Assembly: GCA_951406725.2 (NCBI GenBank)
Contig: OX597814.1
Span: 149,296,001 to 149,360,000 of the forward strand
Reading direction: 5' to 3'
Source of the DNA: Octopus vulgaris
Taxonomy: Eukaryota
DNA: 64,000 nt
The notes beneath the pieces were generated by a model. That model ran no database searches. It worked only from the letters and a program-made list of their open reading frames with translations, and was not told the origin of the DNA. A program made the translations under genes and the position numbers. Shown here in pieces: positions 55,418 through 64,000 of this stretch (the stretch's first letter is position 1; each line of letters begins with the position of its first letter).

Positions 55418-55606
55418 CAAAAATGTTACAAAATTAGCAAAATCAATCACTCTGTGTTCGTTTGAAATATTTATATATTGCGAGCAGATGCGAGCTGCTG
55501 CCATCTCTAGCAGACGAGGTCTCCAGTAACGAAGAGTGTCAGAAATGGCCCGAAATCAGGGGTTCGCAGCCCGGCTTGTAATTTGCACCTCTACATCCGA
55601 CAAATT

Positions 55607-55826
55607 AGTTAAAGTAGGGTACTAAAGACCATTTCTGGGGGTTCATTGCGGGAAAAATAAAGGAATACCCGTTATTTGGCAATCCCTCCATCTTCGTGGT
55701 AAGGAGTGTCCCATGTTGAAAATGAATTACCCTGAAGAAGGGAGAATTGCTAAATTATGGGTTTTATATCCCATTTTTTTCTCCGTAATGAACACCAGAA
55801 ATGGCCGTTGGCACCGTACTTTAACT
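55607..55826. mobile_element. Diverged fold-back PLE pseudo-LTR pair
   Basis: Arms 55607-55702 and 55727-55826 are reverse complements (agttaaagta/tactttaact, ccatttctgg/ccagaaatgg, ggtaa/ttacc). Confidence 0.75.
55728..55813 (+). ncRNA. HHR-like motif with long stem/loop 2
   Basis: tacc-CTGAAGA-agg..(~55 nt)..cca-GAAA-tggccg-TT-ggca; the mirrored arm carries a degenerate copy. Confidence 0.5.
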
Positions 55827-56550
55827 TTAATTCCGAATTTTAACTTTGCTCCTTTGCACACTTCTACCCATGTTGTTAGATGAGAAAGTAAGTTATATAC
55901 TGTAACATAACTCTGAAAACATGATACCTGAAATAGAAAAATGAGTAAGCAAGTGTGGAATATCCTTGATCGTAGGTGTGCATATCAACAGCTGACAACA
56001 CCAACAACTATTCTACAGGGAAACCTCAATCGTATTTGCATAAAATTAGCTTAGCATGCAAGTTTGTCTCGTGTTTTCAACGCAACGATTGCTCATGCAC
56101 CCTTTAACACCATCTTCATTGTTTGCCTTGTACCAACGTTTTCCTTAATTACTTTCTTCTTTCCATTCTTACATCAAAAGCATCATAAATAAAGTTGATA
56201 TTGCAAGTTTGTTTTTGAAACGTATGTGCATTTTTAATGCCAATTTAAAATTGGAATTTGTTTTTCCTAATGAAACAATTAAAGAATTTATGTCTGCATT
56301 AATAATTCAATCGAACGAATTTTTTCAATTTTCTAACATGTTGCAAATAATGACATCGAATACTATGTGCAGCAAGACTGAGAGACGCAAAATAAATAGG
56401 AGTGTGTTATCTATACTGACATATATGTTCATCACCAACACGATTTCTTCAAGAGTGTATTTGAGGCAGACAGGTCAACAGTAGCACGATTTTCCTACAG
56501 CATGTATGCAATGCATACTCTTATACGTACACAGTCATACAGCACACACG

Positions 56551-56601
<51 letters not shown>

Positions 56602-57007
56602 ACACGTGTGTGTTGTATATATATATATGTGCTTACATATATATATATAAATGTAACTACAATTTTCTGTGTATAATCGGATATATACATATATGAGTGT
56701 ATTTAAACAGGTGTGTCTATATCTACATGTTTATATATGTCACTGTATATAAGTAGAAAGGAGTGTAAGATATACTTCATATTTCAGATTTCCATGGATG
56801 TTTTTGGTCTTTTTTTTTCATCTTCCACGTTTTTGAATTTTTTTTTTACATATTCGCTTTTCAATGTCAGAATTCAGTATTCCTACCGGAACATAAACTA
56901 CAGATAAAAATACGAAAAATAGTTTTAATATAATCTGCAATAGAATCGTGTTTCAATGGATCGTATTTTTTAATGAAATTCTTATCCAAATGTGTGTACG
57001 TATGTGT

Positions 57008-57082
<75 letters not shown>

Positions 57083-58381
57083 TGTGTGTGTGTGTATTTA
57101 TAGGCAGGGATGTATGCACAATGGAAGCAGTATCTTTTAGAAATGTTTTCAATATGAGACTGTTCTCGTTATATGCATTTATGGAGTTTTTTCTTTCATA
57201 TTTTTAAAGAATTTATTGCTATTTGAATAAAGTTCACAAATCCATCATCAACATTTGTAGACCGTTCTGCACTCATCTTAAATTTGAAGTGATGTCGGTG
57301 TCGGTCGCTGCCTTTTTATAGGGGTCACGAACAATGCAACCTGGATCGACATTAACGTCTGAATTTGCATTTTTATTCTTGAATATATTCGTCAAAATAT
57401 AGTTTTATTTTTCCTTTCCCATGTTGTCTGTATGATTACTTTTGCCTTCTGCTATTCTTTGAGTATATCTGTCATTCATTTTGTATTTCTGTGTGGAATT
57501 CTCTAGGGTATACACGAGTTAATATGAGATCTATAAACTTCATTGGAAATATTATCATTAACTTACCTATGTTGATTAATAGTAAAGCCACCCCCACTTT
57601 TGCATTTCATTCGTACAAAGGAAAAGAAAATAAGAGAAAATAACTGGATTTTAGGCTTTACTGAACGTTAAAGAAGATAAAGTTCCATTTTGTAAAATTT
57701 CTCACGAGGACAGAAAAGTTTCAAAAAAATATCTAGCGGTGATTGCTGGTGGCTGTGAACGAGAATGGGATCAAATGTCAATAGATTGAAAATAAAGCTC
57801 AATGCATTTACATGATAGAAAACACTGTCTGCTTTTTATTTAGGAGGCAAGGGACAGCTATCAATCGATAAGTGCTTCTCCCTCAATATGTCATCAGCAT
57901 AGCATTATCTCTCTCATCTGCTAGTCACATGTAGACACTTGACATATACAAAAGCTGCGGAGAACATTTCTGGCCAAAACCAATTTGCGTAATAAAACAA
58001 AAATGAAGTCAGTTATAATGACACATATAAGCCAGTGACAAGATAAGTAATTCGATGGCGGGTTCTATTTAAAACTTCCCTCGCTGAGAGAGGGGCAAAG
58101 AGAGAGAGAGAGAGAAAGGAGGCAGAGAGAGAGAGAGGAAGAGAGAGATGGTAAACAAACTCCAGCTGTGATTTTCATTCTCTTATCCAGGAAAGTTTGC
58201 ATATATGCATTCGTAAGGGTACACATATATGTATGTATGTATGTAATATAATATACGTATGTGTGATGTATGCATAATTTTTGTATGCACACATGCATAT
58301 ATGCATATACGTGTGTGTGTGTGCGTGTGTTTGTGTGTCTGTATTTGCACATGCATGTTTATGTGCAATATGTACATCTGC

Positions 58382-58423
<42 letters not shown>

Positions 58424-58471
58424 ACTACATATATGCATATTTATCACGTATATATGTATGTATGTATGTAT

Positions 58472-58586
58472 GTCATTATTCAGTTTATTTCAAGAATTCC
58501 TGCCAATAGAAAAAGAACCGGTTTCTAACCTACATCCAAGATTCCTTCATTGGAGTTTCAACATCAGCAACCGGGTATTTTTGTTT
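58472..58586. repeat. Short dispersed repeat in (TATG)n (copy of 29997-30103)
   Basis: Direct alignment by eye with 29997-30103. Confidence 0.8.
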
Positions 58587-59006
58587 GTATGTATGTATGT
58601 ATGTATGTATGTATGTATGTATGTATGTATGTATGTATGTATGCATGCATGCATGTATGTATGTATGTATGTATGCATGTATGTATGTATGTATGCATGC
58701 GTGTATGCATAATTATGTACAATTAGGAGATAGACAACAATCTCTGTAGTTCCATGAACTAGTTATCTGAGATTAAGTCTCTGACCCTATCACCTCAATC
58801 TCGGGAGAACATCGAGGATGTTACGGATGGATGGAGAAAGAGTAACACTAACATTTGGATTCTTGACAATTTTATTTTTTTGGGTAGAAGTAAGCAATTT
58901 GTAATGAAGTGTGCACAGATCAAGAACACATCGAAGAACCAGACCTAGGAATAAAACCTACGACCACATGATCGTTGCTCAATACTATAACCACTAGGTT
59001 ATGCGC

Positions 59007-59054
<48 letters not shown>

Positions 59055-59205
59055 CTCTTTTACTCTTGTACTCGTTTCAGTCATTTGACTGCGGCCATGC
59101 TGGAGCACCGCGTTTAGTCGAGGAAATCGACCCCAGGACTTATTCTTTGTAAGCTTAGCACTTATTCTATCGGTCTCTTTTTGCCGAACTGTTAGGTTAC
59201 GGGGA
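59055..59205 (-). mobile_element. SINE family B, 3' half
   Basis: Reverse complement of 11740-11891, including the gagtaaaagagta tail. Confidence 0.85.
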
Positions 59206-59217
59206 CAAGTGTGTGAC

Positions 59218-59319
59218 GTTTACAGCACATAGGTTTCCCAAGCTGTCACCCATCTGAGTACTCACTAGGATCGACGTTTCTTAACTTCGGTGATCAGACG
59301 AGTACCTTTGCTTTCAACG

Positions 59320-59325
<6 letters not shown>
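59218..59325 (-). pseudogene. 5S rRNA pseudogene (about 10 nt 5'-truncated)
   Basis: Minus strand atattacgttgaaagca..ctcgtctgatcaccgaagttaag..agtactcagatgggtgacagcttgggaa..gtgctgtaaac follows the invertebrate 5S sequence including box A and box C; many substitutions; no T-run terminator. Confidence 0.9.
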
Positions 59326-59373
<48 letters not shown>

Positions 59374-59402
59374 GGAGGGGGGTGTATGTATGTATATGTA
59401 TA

Positions 59403-59632
59403 AGGGCGGCGAGCTGGCAGAATCGTTAGCACGCCGGGGAAATGCTTAGCAGTAATTCATCTGCCGTTACCTTCTGAGTTCAAATTCCGCTGAGGTCGAT
59501 TTTGCCTTTCCTCCTTTCGGGTTCGATTAAATAAGTACCAGTTATGAATTGAGGTCGATGTAATCGATTTAATCTATTTGTCTGTCCTTGCTTGTCCCCT
59601 CTATGTTTAACCATCTGTGGGCAATAAAGAAA
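59403..59632 (+). mobile_element. SINE family A, full length
   Basis: ggcggcgagctggcagaatcgttagcacgccggggaaatgcttagc..gagttcaaattccgc..ataagtaccag..gtccttg..ggcaataaagaaa. Confidence 0.9.
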
Positions 59633-59736
59633 CAGACATGTGTGCATTTCCGCGTGTGTGTGTGTGTGTGTCTATTTGTACACGCTTGTTGATGTGGAAT
59701 ATGTCCATCTACTCTCTCTGTTCCTCTCTTTCTCCT

Positions 59737-59792
<56 letters not shown>

Positions 59793-61289
59793 TTTCTGGT
59801 TTCTTTTTTTTTTCTTTGCGTTTGTAAAATACAATTCTGAATACTGGGATCAATATGAAGAGGTGACTTTGTCAGATGTCGTAGTTGATATGTATTCATT
59901 GAGTGAACAAGACTTAATCCTATCAGTCATATCTGACAACAGTTGTAATCTCCGACGACAGCTGTTTGTGACAGTTATCGAAAAATAATTCACAATCATT
60001 CATTTTATATTTTTAGGTGGTATTTCTTTTCGTCTTCAATTCTTTCTTTTCCCATTCTTTCTGCCATTTTTTAGTTCTTAGTTTGGATTATTTTATTTTG
60101 GTACATTTCGTAGCTGTTTTTCTTTTTTTTTTATTTTCTTCTATCTCTCTCACAGTGGGATTTCTGGCTCGGCTAATGTTGATACGTTGCAATGTTGATT
60201 GACTGACTCCCGCTTATGCAAACCCTGCAGTAGAATCATTTATATGTCTCTGTGTGTATTTGAATGCCATGATACATATTTGGTCGATCATTATTGACTA
60301 TTATTATTCCAATCGTTCCAGAAGAATATTGCAAAACAATGAAATAATAAATAGAAAAAATGCCAATAATATTGATACCAATTTCTTCTTGAGAGAATCT
60401 TGCTTGCGGATAGAGCGGGGAAATTAGACAAATGTAAATCTGATATCACACTCTGCATTGGCATACTACAAAATCGCTGTTACAATACAATAATGGTTTA
60501 AACATACACAACAATTTAGAGATTAGTTATGTACTTTACGAAGCCTTAAGATGAAAAGGGGGCATTGTTCGATACAATGTAGTTGTGTTATGTGCAGCAA
60601 CTAAGGCACAATATTAATATATTTGCAACAGTCATACTTTGTCGATCGTTCATAATGAAGAGATATTCGATATTCTTAAGTTACCTAATTCTCCAGGATT
60701 ATTGGTTTCAAAAGAAATATGTTGGGAATTTGTTATAAATTCATATGGGCAAAGTAGAAATTGTGTAACGTTAACGCCTTTCTTAAAGGCATTAGCTATG
60801 TAATTGGGTGCATAGAAGATTATGTGATGTGTTTAAGAAGTTGGAAACGACTCCTTGAGAGATTTGGTTCGATTCCACTTCACAGGAACATGGTCGATTG
60901 TCTTCTACGAAAGAAACCAGCTTGAGTCGATAGACTGTTATATCAAATTGGTAGAAAAATGTGTGTCGAACAAAAATTATAGATACGTAAGTAAATCTAT
61001 AAGTAGTTATCCATGCCTGTAAATATATAAAGTATGTATATTTGCATAATGCATTCCCATTGAAGTCGTTCTCCATAGAAGTGACCTACTTGATATAAAG
61101 CTCGACTCTCAGATGTCATACGTCTTATCGTATACACGTGCCCCACAGGACCGGATTGATGCCATTTTAATTTTATATTTCAAAAGAAAGGAATCGAAAT
61201 CTATTAGAGTGAGATAAGAACGCTTGATGCTGTTGGTAATTTTCTTTTCAAAAACATTTACTTAATCATCTAACCTAGTGTATATGCTT

Positions 61290-62300
61290 CTCTGTTAATT
61301 GGTTTTAGATAAACTCGTGGTACAATAGACATGACATTTTTACTGCTCGTCAACTCCATGAGAAATGCATCGAAGTTTGCACAGCTCTTTACCAGGTCTT
61401 TGTTGATTTAACAAAAGCCTTCGACGTCTTTAACAGGACTGCTCTCCCCACCATTCATATAAACTTGGATGTCTTCTTCAATTTGTCAGCTTGTTTAAAC
61501 AACTGCAAAGAGAAATGAAAGCTCGTTTTAGAATCAATGGTTCGCTCTCAGAACCAATTTCTATCTATAACGGCGTTAAAAAAAGGTAATAATCCTGCTC
61601 TAACCCATTTTCTATGTACTTTGCTTTAAGACAATATCGGAAACTTTCCCGGTCCTGGTTTGTAAACTCCTTTATGCTGACAATACGGCTCTTGTGGCAC
61701 ACACCGAAGTAAACATTCGGGCTATAATGGAACACTTCTCTAGAGCACGAACTGCTTTTGGTCTTAGCTTCAGTCTGAAAAAGACAAAAATCATTATTTC
61801 TCTGCCTCCAGGCCAGCCCTATGACATACCTGTTCTCTTCGTCTAGGGTGCAAGATCGGATGTGGTCATCTCTTTCGTCTTCCCTTACAGCACTTTTTCT
61901 GGAAATCCCTTAATTCTGAAATAAATCTGAGGATCAAATATTTTAGTAAGTCGTTTGGAATAGTCGAAAGTGGAGAGTGTTCTAATAGGAGTTTCCCCAT
62001 CAAAACCAAGCTCAGTGTCTGTGAATCATGAGCGTTAACTGCTCTTTTAAACCCTTCTTAGACATGGAGAACATATTGTCGTCGCATCAATGCTTTGGAA
62101 AGATTGCCTCAAACTTTCTTAAACATCAAATGGCAGTTACTAATATCAGACATCGTTATTTCCCCGCAAGCCGACACCCTCATAGTGTATATGCTCCGCT
62201 TACGCAGTCATATGACTGGTTATATAATCAGTTGTTTCATGGGGAGTTAAACGTGTTAAAAGTCCGAGACATAAACCTGAGAAATGTTTAAGGTATGTCG
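61290..62300 (+). pseudogene. RTE (BovB-like) LINE reverse transcriptase relic
   Basis: GFR*TRGTIDM, ARQLHEKCIE, VFVDLTKAFD, NGVK, LLYADNTALVAHTE, FGLSFSLKKTKII, QLFHGEL; multiple frameshifts. Confidence 0.85.
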
Positions 62301-63120
62301 TCAAAAGCAAACTTATCATGATCTTATTGGAAAGAGGTAGCAAACTCAGCTATTGCTTACCAATTGTGATGTATAATATAATTTTAGATAATCAAGTATG
62401 TGACAATTATAACGAAATAATGCCCTTCAACCATAATGTGATCCTTGTACCTTCTCTAGTTTCTCTAATTTCGTGAATTTCCCATAAAAGTAAATTTTTT
62501 GTGTCACGGGTCACTAGGAAAAAGAGATACGATTTTATTTATTTATTTATAATTCATACAAGATTGAGTTTAAAATATTGTCGTTCCTTAGTAAGTTTTC
62601 CAATAAAACATGGTTTTCTGCATTTTCAAGGCTATTTGTGACACATGATTTTCTGTGTTACTCAAACGCAACGCGTAAAACGCAAGTTACTATTTTATTT
62701 AAAGTAGTCTTTTTATGATTAGATTCACCAATGTTCATCTATACACTACTGATTATAAATATTGGCGAAAAACTTACAAACCATTTCAATTCATTTACTG
62801 TAAATTGTTTATGATCTTTATACTGTGACTATGCTACAATACTGCGTCCAAAGGTTTAGACTATTATATGGTATCTACTACTTTCTCTGAATTTATTTCA
62901 GTTCTTATATTAAGTCACAATTGCCATCAGCGGAAATAACAAAAATCATTCGCATATGAATACTACAGTAGAAGCTAATAGAATGGTAACCATATGCGCG
63001 GAAGCATTTGTCTGATAACTTTTACACCAAGCTGTTATAAGTACAGAGAGAGAGACAAACAGATAAACAGACAGAGAGAGAAAGAGAGAGACAGAGACAG
63101 AGACAGAGACAGACAGTAAA

Positions 63121-63166
<46 letters not shown>

Positions 63167-64000
63167 TACACAAACATGTTCATGCACTTCTATACATAAG
63201 TTTGTATTTATATAGAGAGGAAAGCAAGCTAGGTAGTAAAAAATTTCATAATTTGACCGATCGATTGAACCTTCAACATCCGTTCGTACTGAGATGCATA
63301 TGTGTGAGTGTGTGTGTGTATGTCTGTGTAAACATATATTACATGTGGCTGTACGCATATATATATACACACACATGCATGCATTATATAGACTCAGGAT
63401 GAGCTTCAGTTCAGTTTCCAGCTGAAGCTCAGTTTATTAATTTATCACACTTATCTTCTTTGACAAGCTGTCTCACAGCGTATGTGAACCCAGGAATCTT
63501 TGTGAAGCAGTACATTTACATTTCTCAATCAAGATTGGCCAGAGCAGCAACTTTAGGACGGCAATTTCTTTCAAAATTATAGGTTCAAATCCTGCTGGCT
63601 TTCATCGTTTTGTACTGTGGCGAATTCATTTGGCTCTAATCCTCCATATTATAAGAAGTCTTTCTGCATCATAAAGTGAAATTAATATTTACTGTTTCAT
63701 AAATCGTTGCGTATTTTGAGAAATTATACAGCGGATGAAATCTATACGTGCAGATTACTGATTGTGAAAAATTGAAAACTATGTTGACATGGGCAAGAAT
63801 TGAACTCAGTATAGATAAACAGACTGAAATATTCGAAGGAGTATAGACTGATGTTCATTCTTTCTTTATCACCTCATTAATTTTTCAAACAAATTTATTT
63901 GTATTTTTCAAGTGATATGATTACAATCTACCAGGTGCAATTTATTTTAAGGTGGGTTAAGCCTAGTTGATTTCAGGAAGCTGATCATTAACGAATCTTC

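Noticed and set aside
55512-55570. cagacga..cgaaa hammerhead-like string
   Set aside because: Mutated core and no stem I pairing.
59218-59325. Functional 5S rRNA gene
   Set aside because: 5' end missing, many substitutions, no terminator, not in a tandem array.
59860-60202. Possible host exon (ttttag acceptor near 60016; ORF tail EEVTLSDVVVDMYS)
   Set aside because: No recognisable domain or consistent donor and reading frame; small host exons cannot be excluded without RNA data.
63400-63431. 10-bp inverted repeat tgagcttcag/ctgaagctca
   Set aside because: Too short and isolated to interpret.

Overview
AT-rich, microsatellite-saturated eukaryotic DNA with no supportable host protein-coding gene. 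Nearly all ORF-track entries are translations of (TA)n, (CA)n, (TATG)n, (GATA)n, (GA)n or triplet repeats. The repeat content (tRNA-headed SINEs, Penelope-like elements, RTE and CR1-type LINE relics, Tc1/mariner) resembles an octopus/cephalopod intron or intergenic region; this is inference from pattern recall, not a database result. Supported content: a full-length decayed Tc1 (26925-28210, 30-bp TIRs, TA TSD), a full-length decayed mariner (21146-22392), an older Tc1 relic, LINE RT relics, many SINE copies, a 5S rRNA pseudogene fused to a SINE body, and two Penelope-like (PLE) GIY-YIG endonuclease remnants. The main hidden layer is RNA-structural. About a dozen type I hammerhead-ribozyme (HHR) motifs from several unrelated PLE pseudo-LTR families occur, mostly next to (TA)n tracts and often as fold-back palindromes whose turning point lies at the ribozyme. 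Some have non-canonical cores. One PLE endonuclease has in-frame TGA codons at two conserved Cys positions (possible selenocysteine relic). All folds were read by eye, and boundaries of decayed elements are approximate.
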